Assembly: GCF_038025025.1 (NCBI RefSeq)
Contig: NW_027117347.1
Span: forward strand, 1,488,001-1,552,000
Reading direction: 5' to 3'
Source of the DNA: Phyllosticta citribraziliensis
Taxonomy: Eukaryota
Length of the DNA stretch: 64,000 nt
In this document: one piece after another, positions 39,300 through 50,941 of the stretch
Position numbering within the stretch: position 1 is the first letter of the stretch
Layout: each line of letters opens with the position of its first letter
Position numbers and translations under genes: made by a program
Notes under the pieces: model-generated
Seen by the model: the letters and a program-made list of their open reading frames with translations, nothing else
Databases searched by the model: none
Told to the model about the DNA's origin: nothing

Positions 39300-41412
39300 C
39301 GTCCACCGCAGTCTCTCTTCAACTCGAACGTCGCACCGTGCGGCGTGTGCTTTTGGTCCACCTCTCGACTCCTCCATTCTCCCTCTCCCTCTTTCTCTGT
39401 CTCTCTCTCTCTCTCTCGCGCGCGCGCCCTCTCAGCCTCTCCAATCCTCGCCTGGCTCGCTGTCCGTCTGCCTGGCCGCCCGCCGCGCTGCCCGTGCACC
39501 ACCACCACCACCACCACCACCACTACACCCCCAGCTCCAGCAGCCGCCGTCGCCGCCGCCCGCCCGCTCCCCTCCCTCCCTCTCGCTCCGTCTCGTGTCC
39601 GTCCTTCGGCTAGCCTTGAAGGAACAACATCGCTCGTCCTCAAAACATCCTCCGACCTCCATCCCGAAGCTTCGCCTTGCCGTCTAGGCCTCTGTACGTT
39701 AAACCTCCCGCCTGTCGTTCCCGCGTTCTTTTTCGCTTCTTCCTTCCTCCTTCCCGCCCTCATTGCCCCACGACTTGGCTGCCCTCGCCAGCCCGCCATC
39801 GAAAAAAAAAAAAAAAAAGAAAAAACAAAAAAGAAAAAAACCCCCGGACTGCCCTGCCACCCCCCCGCCAGTGTCAAAAGCTGGTTCGCTCGCGCCAGCC
39901 AGCAGCGTTTGCGCTAGTTCTACTCTCGCATCAATCCCAACCTCCTCCGCCGCCGCCTTCTTCTAAACCTCCGCCCACCCTCCCCCACCGCTGCTCTTCT
40001 TCTTGTGCTGCACGCCCGTTGTTGCCCAAAAAACCTCGTCCAAGGCTCGAGGGTCCGTTGTCTTGCGCTCCCTGCCTTGCCTGCCTCTTTTGCTGACTAC
40101 TGGTCCGCGCTGCAGGTGTCATCGGCCAAAAGCGAGCAATCCTCCACCCAGATCCTGCACGGCCCATTAACGCAGACGACACGAGACGACTTAACGACCG
40201 GACACGATCTCCTAGACCGTCATCAGGCTCCGGCGCTCTAGTTCTTTCGTTGCTGCCCATCTTCACTTGAGTTACTATTACTTGTTGCGCTGCCCTCGAT
40301 CCACCTGCGCACCTACACAAACGCCTACGCCTCTCGACCACCACCACCACCACCACCATTAAGCACCGCTGTTTGCCGTTGCTACGATTACTGCTGCCGC
40401 CGCCGCTGCATGCCTTGAAACGACTCATTGAGCATTCTCTTTCACGACCGGCACGACTTCACGACGGCTTTCTGGCTTCAGCATTGCTAGCGTTCTTGTC
40501 GTCCTGAGCTGCATCAGCACCAGCAGCCTCTTGTCTGTCTGCGCAGCATTCCTCAACCCCGAATTCCTCGGTACGACATCGTGTCACGCAACTTGGTGCG
40601 ACTGCGGAACCAAATCTCAAAGTCGACTCACGAATCGACCCAACACAATCTGCTCAGGGACTGTCGTTTTTGCGCCGTCTCGCTACTCAGTCGAAGGTGA
40701 GTGCGCGCGTGCTAGCTGTTTGCCCCGCCACGTGCTGCGACACTGGTTTTTCCCATTCTCAATCTTTGCTGCATGTCTTTTTTTGCCCCATTGCACAGCT
40801 CGAGGCCCGAACGTTACGCTACTCGCTTATCACTGCTGCCAATTGCAACAACGTCCACCCCGCGGCGGCTACGTGCGCCCTGAGATCCTGCGCAAAGCCA
40901 CCTCCACCCGCCCCGTCCTGCGCGCGTTCCGCACCCCGCATAGAGACCTCGCTGACTCGCGCCTCTCCAGGCTTTGACCTTCTCGTACCGTTCTCGAGCA
41001 AAATCCCGACAATACCGAAAAGCTGGAGCTGCCATCGATTTCGCAGGTCCACTCCAGAGGCCCCGTCGACTCCTCGTGGTACAGCACCCAATTCCAGCCA
41101 CGACCCACTGTCTCGAGTGAGCGCCTTCCAGCTTTGCCTCAGATTCAGTCGGGTGCCAACACGTCGTCAAACTCTTCCTCGCCTCGGGGTGGATCCATTA
41201 GCTCTGCGTCTGCTCTCCACAGCAGCGCCAGCTCCCATACCTCTTATTCTTCGTCAATCAACGGCAGTCATTCGGGATTCAAGACGCCCTCTCCAGAGCA
41301 GACTCCGCAAACCCTCGGACGCGACCCCCATTCATTGAATGGGCACGCGCAAGAATCGCCCTACACTCACCATCATTCAGGCTACAGCTACGGAACTGAT
41401 ACCTACGGCAGC
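39300..41412 (+). promoter_or_regulatory. Long spliced 5' leader of stuA with two putative introns (39694-40115 and 40697-40970) and uORFs
   Basis: Donors GTACGT (39694) and GTGAGT (40697); GCTGAC branch sites followed by CAG acceptors (40115 and 40970). Pyrimidine-rich and nearly AUG-free. The transcription start is not determined. Confidence 0.6.
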
Positions 41413-43425
41413 ATGAACCAAATGCAATCCTATCCTGATGTGAACCAACAGCACATGTCGGCAACGCCCGCACACGCTACCTCGACCGGCCCACCGTCGA
41501 CAATGGGCTACACGTATGCCGCGCAACCTCCATACTTGCAGCCGGGACCGAGCACTTCGCTCGTTCAAGGTTCTTACTACCCCAGTTCCTACGGCAATGG
41601 ACTCCCGACGCCGTCGTCGAGTGCTATGAACAGCGCGCTTATTCCTGCCCCCCTTCCCTTGCCAGGTAAGCTTCACATCCAATCGAAATGCCAACTTGTA
41701 CTGACAGCAACCAGCAATGTCTTCTGGTGGACCTGGTGGTTCGGTCCCTGGATCCCAGGGCCACTCCGCTCCCTACACATTCGACACCACCGGCCAGATT
41801 GCTCCTCCAGGCATGAAACCGAGGGTCACAGCGACTTTGTGGGAAGATGAAGGCAGTCTTTGCTTTCAGGTGGAAGCCAGGGGCGTGTGTGTCGCTCGCC
41901 GGGAGGACGATCACTTCATCAACGGCACCAAGCTGCTGAATGTGGCTGGCATGACAAGAGGCCGACGTGATGGCATTCTCAAGAGCGAAAAGACTAGGCG
42001 CGTGGTCAAAATCGGACCCATGCATCTCAAGGGCGTGTGGTAAGTTGCACATGGAATCCAAGCATTCCCCTTCTAACGCGAAAAAGGATCCCTTACGAGC
42101 GCGCCCTGGACTTTGCGAACAAGGAAAAAATCACAGAATCGCTTTATCCTCTGTTTGTTCACGACATTGGTGCCTTGCTCTATCATCCCTCCAACGCGCG
42201 CAACCCTGGAGGCACAGTGGCAGCCGCCCTCGACCGTCGCCGTCCTGATAGCCAGCAACGCTACATTGGTGCCCCTGCCGGATCGCAACCACCATCATTA
42301 CATCACCACCACTCCCTCAGCAATCCTTCGATTGGAGCGCAGCTTCAACAGTCCCCCCACTCAATTGCTCCCCACCCTTCTGCTGGTCGCCCGGGGATGG
42401 ACAGGGCGCATACGTTTCCGACCCCTCCTACGAGTGCTTCGAGTCTCATAGGCATGGGTAGCTCGGGAAGCTCCTACGAGTGGGGCAGCAGCGGTGTTTC
42501 GAATATGCAGGGCAACCAGCCACTGTCGATTGACACGGGTCTAAGTAATGCGCGGTCCGTCCCGACTACACCTGCCACGACGCCCCCGGGAAACATGCCA
42601 AACATGTCACAATATCCAACATCGCAGGGCTACGACAGTGCTCGGCCCATGTACAGCGCGCCGCCCAACCAACCTGGCCAGTACGGTGCGCCGCAAAGTG
42701 TTCCCCGCTATGCGCAGCCCGTGCAGTCTGCACCTTACCCCAAGACTGAGATGGCGCCCTTTGGTAAAAGCGAAATGGCGCCTCCTGTAAGGGCTGGTGG
42801 CGACCCTGTCCAGCAAGCTGATGTGAAGCCGGTCGAGGGTCTATTGAACCAAGGAGAGCACGTCGGCCCGGTGGCTGGCGAAGAAGAGGCAGACCACGAA
42901 CATGACAACGAGTACACCCACACGAGCGGCCCGTACTCCAATCGCGGGGCCTATAGCTATGCCTCCTCCACTGGAGCGATGTCGGGCGAGCACGTATCCC
43001 CGAAGATGACTGGATCTCCTCGTCAGAACGGATCCGGACGAGCAACGCCTCGTAGTGCCCAAACCGGTTGGGCGCGTGGATATGGTCCACCCGGAACTTC
43101 TCAACTGCCATCCAGCAACCTTTTCAATGTCATGAGCGACACGCGCGGCAGCGCCAATGGAAACGCAGGTCCCGACGGATACCCGGCGCCCGCGCCTCTG
43201 CACTCGGGATATGCCAGCCAGTACAGTCCGGTCAACGGTTCCAAGAGAATTCGGGAATTGGATGACGACGAGACTGACTACGGCCGTCCGGCGAGTCGAG
43301 ACGCCAACGCCAACGACATCGATGGCCTGAAGCGCAGGAAGACCATTACCGAGAGCACCATGGGCGGTGCGGTCGGCGGTGACATCCAAAGAGCAAAGTC
43401 CACCATTGCTCAGCGCCGTCGGTAA
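41413..43425 (+). CDS. stuA: APSES developmental transcription factor StuA/Asm-1
   Basis: Exons 41413-41665, 41715-42039 and 42087-43425. APSES domain [59 protein letters not shown]...[32 protein letters not shown]-terminal LKRRKT. First in-frame ATG gives [11 protein letters not shown] possible non-AUG extension starts at 41023. Confidence 0.95.
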
Positions 43426-43899
43426 AAAGACTGTCACCACTTAATCTCTGTGCTGCATGACAGATTGCGTCTCTAGACCACATAGACGGCTTCCTGCGAT
43501 CTGGCGCACAATGGACCGACTAATTACGCGGATTCGAGCGGCCTCGGGAGTAAGGATTCGGAAAACGAGAGCTTTGCTGGATCTTTCGACGGCCATTGGG
43601 ATCTCTTTGGACATTTTCGGAACCACCTTTTGGGGCTTTGTGCAGGGCAACGAACGACCTTGCGGACTTGGCCAACATTCCTTCATTTTGAGAGTTTTTC
43701 CTTGTTTCCTTTATCAGTGAAAGGTTTTCTGGCATATGACGACATTGACGACTCTCATGCCGTTTTGTTTTCTCTTGTTTTCTCGAAAAACCAGCCTTCA
43801 TGAACCATGGCTGGAATATTCCGACGAGGGCGAAACTTTTCACGAATCCTGGTCCTGGCAGGGTGTAGAGAACCACCTTCGGGAGTTTTTGTACTTTTC

Positions 43900-44683
43900 A
43901 ACATATCCCCTACTACCACTACTACTACTACTACTACTATTTGGCATTGCGCAACGTTGTTCTCTCTCTCAAACGCCTCCGCGGAACAAAATGAAAAGCA
44001 TTCTGGCAATTTTCACAATACATTGGCAGCAGTGTGGGGCCTCCCTCCTTCTCTCTCTCTCTCTTTAGTACAATCCCCGCGGGCCAGCAGCAGCAAGCAG
44101 CACAAAGAAACCTAGCATCGGCTAATACTTGACAATTCAATCTTTTTTGGGTTTTTTCTCTACCTGCGTCATCGTCCCATTCACGCTTGGAGAGAAAAGG
44201 ACATGGATCGATCGCTTGCGGAAGGAAAAACGTTGCGTCCTGACAACAACAACAACCTAAGGTGTGCGCGACCGACCGGCCTCCTGCGTTCGTTTGTGAT
44301 GTCTGTTCCTTTTGCGGCCACATGCGCGCGAGCCGAGGGAGTCACCACCCACCACCGATTGGAAAGGAAGAAGAAGAGAAAAAAAAAAAAAAAAAGCGAA
44401 CGCGGTCTCATCCCCTCCTCTCCGTCCTTTGCTCCTGTTGACACAAGCCCATGGCAAGAGACGACTATACAAACAACGTCATCACCAAAGACTCAGCACG
44501 CGCAGCCCCAGCAACGAAAAAAAAAAAAAAAAGAAACACATCAACTACTACATACACGTGTTGAGAGGAAAGAAAAAAAAGAAAAAAAAAGACGTCTTCC
44601 CACGCGCAGTCGGGACCAACAACAACAAAAAAAAGGAGAGGTTCTTGTCGCGCGCCCGCGCGCACCGTTATACACACCTGGGA

Positions 44684-44716
<33 letters not shown>

Positions 44717-45000
44717 CCGCGAGGAGACGAAACGAAACGACACGACACTGCTACACACGACTTGGACCATGGAAACGGACGAACGAACGGACGCGCGATA
44801 ATGGCTATTGGCTCTTTGTTGTACTTTTGCGCGAAACGACAACGATGACGACGACGACGACGACGGCGACGACAACGGCGACTACAACTCTCCCCCTCTC
44901 TCTCTTTCTACTACACGGCCTCCAAAAGAGACAAATAAACGAACGAACGAACGAACGACAGAACGACGCAACGACGACGACAAAAGAATGGGTGGATGCA
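43900..45000. repeat. Dense cluster of simple repeats and A-tracts downstream of stuA
   Basis: (CTA)n at about 43911-43939; poly-A tracts at about 44380, 44517 and 44573; (CTG)n at about 44686-44714; (GAC)n at about 44847-44865; (GAAC)n at about 44941-44956. Confidence 0.85.
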
Positions 45001-46563
45001 AAGGCGAGGTGAGGCAAGGGTACGCACACCTGCCCATCTCGTCTCAGCTCAGGACAGGACAGGGCGCGCTCTACGCTACATGTACCTATGTGTACCTATG
45101 CCACGCACCTACCCACCTACCCACCCACGCACCTAATACGAGAAACGAAACGAAACAAACGGTCGATATACATGATGCACGTACCACGAAAGAAAGCTGC
45201 CTGCGTTTGACGGGGCCTGCTGCCTGCGCGCTGCAAGGTCCTCACAGTTTTGATTTTCCGTTTGTGGTTTATCTTTGGGAGTTTTTTCCTTTTCTGCCGG
45301 GTTGAGTTTAGTTTAGTTGATCTGATTTGATTTGGCACGGCTTGGCTTGGCCTTATTTTTTTTTTTTTGTCCCTTTCTGTCTCTGTGGTTGTTGCGTTTG
45401 CTGATGCGTTGCGCTGCGCTGCGCGGGATTGGATTAGGTCGGTTGGATTGACCAGGGGCCAGCCTGGCCAGGCTGGCAGGTCGATTGGACGCGTGTCGTC
45501 CTGGGCCTGCGAGGAAAGCAAAAGGGAAAAGGGGAAGGGGATCGGCGGGCTGAGGGACGCGAGTGAGTGGTGAAAGAATCACAACAACCTATGTATGCGT
45601 GTGGTGGGTGTGTGGCTGGCGGGAAGGAGCGACATAACAGACAGCACAGCACAGCACACGCACTACCATCACTCGATCAGTCTTTTTTTGTTTAATCCAA
45701 GTCTATACGATTTCCAACTTTTTGACTCTCTGCTCTGATTGATAGTTGTCTTGTCTTGTCGTTGTGTCATCGTCGTCGTCGTCGTCATTGATAGTCGTCG
45801 TCGTTGATGTGTTATGTGCTGTGTTGTCTTCGTTGAGGGCAAGCTCTGCTGGTTACTTGCGCTGACCGACTGACTGCTTTGACTCAGTGGTGTTTTCATC
45901 ATGTCTATAGATGATTGATGACGGGTAATGAGACAGTGGGTGGTGGGTATGTGGACAGTATCATAGGAGCCGCTGCACAAAATGGAATTTTATCTCGTGG
46001 TTTGTGTTGTAGCTGCATCTGGGGAATTTCTCTCTGTTTGCTATGCCTACCTGTATACATCTGCCTATCTGTCCACCCTTTACAACGTGTAGCGAAGTCT
46101 CACACCATATGACTTCGTCTCTCTCGTTGGTCCGTTCGTGGCCTCCTATCATCCCGCGGTCAACTGGCTATCCACAGAGTCGATGTTTCTGTTCAAGGAG
46201 CTGGCAGCGTGCGATCAATGACCAGACCTTGAATGTGATGGTAGGTTGTAGGATAGACGTCGCGATTACTACTACTACTACTACTGATACTAGGGCTATG
46301 TGCTAAAACTACATCTCGCGCTCTCAACACAATGACCAACACACTGCGTGCTGGACGACCAACTATTGACCGAGCGGGGCAGTAAAGAGTGCTGAGGTAA
46401 GAAAGGGTGAGGATGTCTGTCCGGCCTACACGCAATGGCAAGCAAACAAGTACCACGATCCAACTCTTCTGCTCTCTACCCCTCGCCAAACCAGCCACGC
46501 CCTGAGGTATGGCAGTAAAGATATTCACATCGTTTTCGTCGTTCTTCGTACCACTCCGCTCAC

Positions 46564-47992
46564 TTACTCCCGCGACCTCACAGGCCCAAAGCCGCCGCCA
46601 ATCCAATCAGCCCGCCCGGTCGTCGTCGTCGGCGTGCCCCCTCCGCCACCGCCGCCCTTGGGCGTCATGGGCCTGCCAGACGCGCCGGCGCTGCTGCTCA
46701 CCGTGGTGGTGGGACTCCAGCCGGAGCCGGCAGAGCGCTGCTCGGCGCTGACGCCGCCGGGCGGCGGGAGCGGTTTGTCGAGGGCGGGAGGGGGCGGGGG
46801 CGGCATCTGCTTGTTGATGCTCGGCGCGGCGGCCGCCGTGTTGGCGTTGTTGTTGGTGGCGAGGAGGGAGGAGGAGGAGAAGGACGACGTCGACGCGGCC
46901 ATGTTGTTGAACTCGCGTGCTTGGTCGACTGAGGTGCGGAGAGGGGGCAGCGCGTCCATCAGGCGCCGGTGCTCCTCGCGCGGACTGCTCCGCACGGGGA
47001 GAGGTGTCCCAGTGATGTTGATTCCTCCTCCTCCTCCTCCTCCACCACCACCAGCGCCTGAGCTGGGAGATGTGCCGCCGCCGTTGCCCGCGACGCCGCT
47101 GGGACTGCCCTCGCTGTCCGCCTGCGTCACTAACCGCACGCCGCCCGCCATGCCCGCCTTCGCACGCAAGACGCGCTGCTGGGCGGCCACCTCCTCGCGG
47201 CGCGAGTCGTCCTTGCGGCGCTCGAGCTCCGCGACCAGCTCCTCAAAGTAAATCTTGGCGTCTTTTGTGCGCGAGTAGGAGATGGGGGTCCAGGCGTAGG
47301 CGTTGACGGCGTGCGGACTGGCGCCGGCCTGCAGCAGCAGCCGCAGGCACTTGAGCTCGCCTGCCGCCGACGCGTGGTGCAGCGCCGTGTTGCCGTCGTT
47401 GTCGTGCGCATGCGGCGAGCAGGGGTATGGCGCGCTGAAGAGCGTGGGCAGCAGCGCCGACGCGCCGTGGAGCGAGGCCTGCATGAGCTGTGTTGCGTCG
47501 TCTGGTTAGCGGGCCAATTCTGGAGCTGTAGGTGCAATTGGGTGTCTGCGAAGGGGGCAATGTGCGTACTGCGTCCATGCCATTGTTATTGGTATACGGT
47601 ACGCATTGCGGGAAGCGCGCAATGAGCAGCTTGCCCACTTCGACTTGCTCGTGAGCGGCCGCCAGCATCAGCGGCGTGTCATGGTCCGTATTTCGTGAAA
47701 TGCCATCATTCTCGTGTCCAATGTCGATGAGAAAGGCCTACATCTGGCGTCAACTTGGACTCGGATTGCATGTTGCGGAGATGGTCGCTCCGAAGCTTTT
47801 CGAATTGCCGGCAGGTCTACATACCGCTATGTCGAGAAATCCGTGCTTCGCGGCCAGGTGCAACGACGTGTTGCTCTTGTTCGCAAAGTCGGGGTTCTGC
47901 AGGGCCCGTGGATTGTTGCGCACGATGCGGCGCACAAGCAGCAGGTCGTTGCGGTGTATGGCGCGCCGCAGCCGTATTGCGACGTCTATCAT
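46564..47992 (-). CDS. AVO2: Ankyrin-repeat protein, TORC2 subunit Avo2 homologue
   Basis: Exons 47992-47825, 47737-47570 and 47487-46564. RLRRAI...NPDFANKSNTSLHLAA, DTPLMLAA and DNDGNTALHHASAAGELKCLRLLLQAGA..NAYAWTPISYS, with a low-complexity tail. Exact start is uncertain (see findings), and a GTAAGT at the stop may mark another intron. Confidence 0.8.
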
Positions 47993-48261
47993 CGTCTGGG
48001 TCGATCGGGACGTCGGCTACATTGTGAGAGTGTTTGGTTTCAGGGGAGGCGTGTTGTGTTGTATCGAATCCAAATCCCCGCCGGCGGCGCGGAGGAGTAC
48101 CATGGATGCCGTCAGTGCGGACAGCCAGCAGGCCGCGTTCTGGGACCGACGCGCCAAGATATGTCGGCGTCTGGCGCGCAAATGGCCGACGTCTGAGCTC
48201 GATTTTTTGAACCCAGCTCTACTTTTTTCGATTCTACTTCACCGCTTTCATAACACCCCCA

Positions 48262-50242
48262 ATGGCGCCCGTCGCCGTAGCAGAGCGCTCGCAAGAGCAG
48301 GACAAGGTCCAGATTCCCGACTTCAATTATGGCGACTCCGACGACGACCGCTCCGAAGACCCAGACACCGACATGGAGAAGGATGCTACCGAGGAAGAGC
48401 TGGAGAAGTTGGTCTTTGGTGACCGGACCGGCTTTCTGGAGGGCTTGAGGCGATTCGGAAAAGGAGGAGAGCTGGTTGGGACAGCTCAGGACGACGAGTC
48501 GGAAGATGGCGAGGGCAGTGAGCTGGATAACATGGCCGACGCCGATGTATGTTGAGCCTCCCGGCGCAAAGTCAAGCCCACGTGCTAACTCTGTGCAGTT
48601 GTTTTTCATGGACTCTGGCCCAACTGCAAGCAATGCTGTGGTTCCAGCTGCTACCTCAGACGACGAAGACGACTACGCCGAAGCAGGTCAAGATGCGCCG
48701 GCCTGGCAAGACAGTGACGACGAGCGCATGGTTGTGTCTCTAGCGTCTGTTCCGCGACTGAGAAAGCTGAGGAAGAATGAAGGTGAAGACTTGATCAATG
48801 GCAAGGAATACTCACGGAGACTGCGGAGGCAATTCGAACGGTTACATCCAACCCCGGAGTGGGCGCAAAAGGGAGCAACGCGGAAGCCATCGAAGAAGAG
48901 GAGGCGCATTTCCCAAGCTGGAGAGTCCTCCGCCGAGGAGACATCGTCAGACGAAGACATGGATGTTGACGACGACGACGTGTCCGCGCAACCCCTTGCT
49001 CAACTTCTCAAGGACGCGGATGGCCTCACGCGCGGACATGAAAAGGGCGTCGCCAAAAAGCGAAAACTGCGTCCCGAAGTGCTGGATATCCAGCGCACCA
49101 AAGACATTAGCGGCACCCAGCCAGTACGTCCGCTGCACTCTCGATTATATCAAAAGCTAACCTACTCACAGTCCGCCATCACGTCTCTCTCCTTCCACCC
49201 ATCGTACCCGCTCCTCCTCTCCTCCGGTCCTAGTTCGACGCTCTACCTCCATCACATTCAACCTGTTCCTCCCAACCCCAACCCGCTCCTCACCTCGCTC
49301 CACATCAAAAAGACGCCTCTCACCACCACCGCCTTTCACCCGTCGCCCTCGGACGCACGCATCTTCCTCAGCGCTCGCCGCCGCTATTTCCACATCTGGA
49401 ATCTCACGACCGGCACCATCGAGAAGATTTCGCGCGTCTACGGCCATGCACACGAGCAACGTAGCATGGAGCGCTTCGCACTGTCGCCCAACGGCAAGTA
49501 CATGGCGCTGCTGGGGTCAGCGCGCAAAGGCGGCGGCGTCATCAACATCCTCGACGCGCACACGCTGCAGTGGCGCGGCCAGGTGCGCGTCGAGTCGCGA
49601 GGCGGCATCGCCGACTTTGCATGGTGGGCCAACGGCGCGGGTCTGGTCATTGCAGGCAAGAACGGCGAGGTGTCCGAGTGGGACGTCGAGCGGCAGCGCC
49701 TGGTAGGCCGCTGGACGGACGAGGGCGCCGTCGGCACATCCATCATTTCGCTCGGTGGGCGCAGCGGCCGCGACGACTGGCTGGGCGGCGACCGCTGGGT
49801 CGCCGTCGGCAGCTCCAGCGGCATCGTCAACATCTACGACCGGCGGGCGTGGATATCCTCCTCGTCGACATCCACCTCTTCCACCACCACCGCTACCAAC
49901 GGCGGCGTCCCTCCAGCCCCCAAACCCACCCGCGTCCTCGACCACCTGACGACGCCCGTCTCGCATCTGCGCTTCTCGCCCGACGGGCAGCTGCTGGCCA
50001 TGGCCAGCCGCTGGAAGCGCGACGCCCTGCGCCTGGTACATCTGCCGTCGTGCACCGTGTACCGCAACTGGCCGACGAGCGGCACGCCGCTGGGCCGCAT
50101 CACGGCCGTCGCGTGGGGCGACGCCGCCGTCGTAAACGAGGCCGCCGAGCAGGCGGGCAGGGGCGGCGCTGCTGACGCTGAGGTGCTGCTTGCTGTTGCC
50201 AATGAGCAGGGCAAGATTCGCCTTTGGGAGGTTCGCGCGTGA
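48262..50242 (+). CDS. UTP18: U3 snoRNA-associated WD40 protein Utp18
   Basis: Exons 48262-48546, 48599-49123 and 49172-50242. EEELEKLVFGD, AWQDSDDE, RLRKLR...YSRRLRRQFERLHPTPEWA and RLVHLPSCTVYRNWPTSGTPLG. Confidence 0.92.
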
Positions 50243-50941
50243 TGAGAGGGGGCATGTAGTGGGATCGTTGTTATCTACATAGAAAGGCTTGTGGGCATGT
50301 ATAGGGGGTGGAGTTATTGAAATGTCAGTGGCCAGTTGTTCACGCCGACTTCCTTTGGCTTCATGAAGCGACGTGACTACATGCAGTAAGTCGTTCTATG
50401 TTACCATGAACAAACCACCATGTCGACCTGCCAAGCAAATCAAGAAGTCAAGATGCCCAGCAACGACGGCGGACACCCTGAACGAGGCGAGCAGGAAGCA
50501 GATGGACGATTGAATGGATGAGTGAAGTACTTTTCTTTCATGCTTTTTCTCTATAGACAGACAGGCCCATGGTATAGTTCGCCTGCAGCTCGGTCCACCT
50601 CCTCCGCCAACTTCGCTGGTCGACATCCATCACCACCTCGTCTTTCATCTGAATCGTGCCAGGCAGAGTGTGAGCGATACCAATGACATATGGGACATTG
50701 CAAGTCGCCCCAATGCCAAAGATTTTTTATCCGCCGGCAGCAGCGCTTCGCCCAAGACAGTCCAACGTCCATGCCGGCTTGAGTCGTAGGGGGCTTGACT
50801 TGCGTTCGGATGCCCAAAACCCCGACTGAAATGTGTCGCACACGTCACTGTTCTCTCCACGTCCTTGGGATAGAGGCCTCCAACCAGGCGATCGAACACA
50901 TTCTCCCCTTCTGGCTCGTCACAATAGGACTGACGAATTCC

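Noticed and set aside
33624..39687. Several 200-300 aa ORFs upstream of stuA
   Set aside because: Low-complexity and repeat-derived, with no domains, codon bias or consistent splice model.
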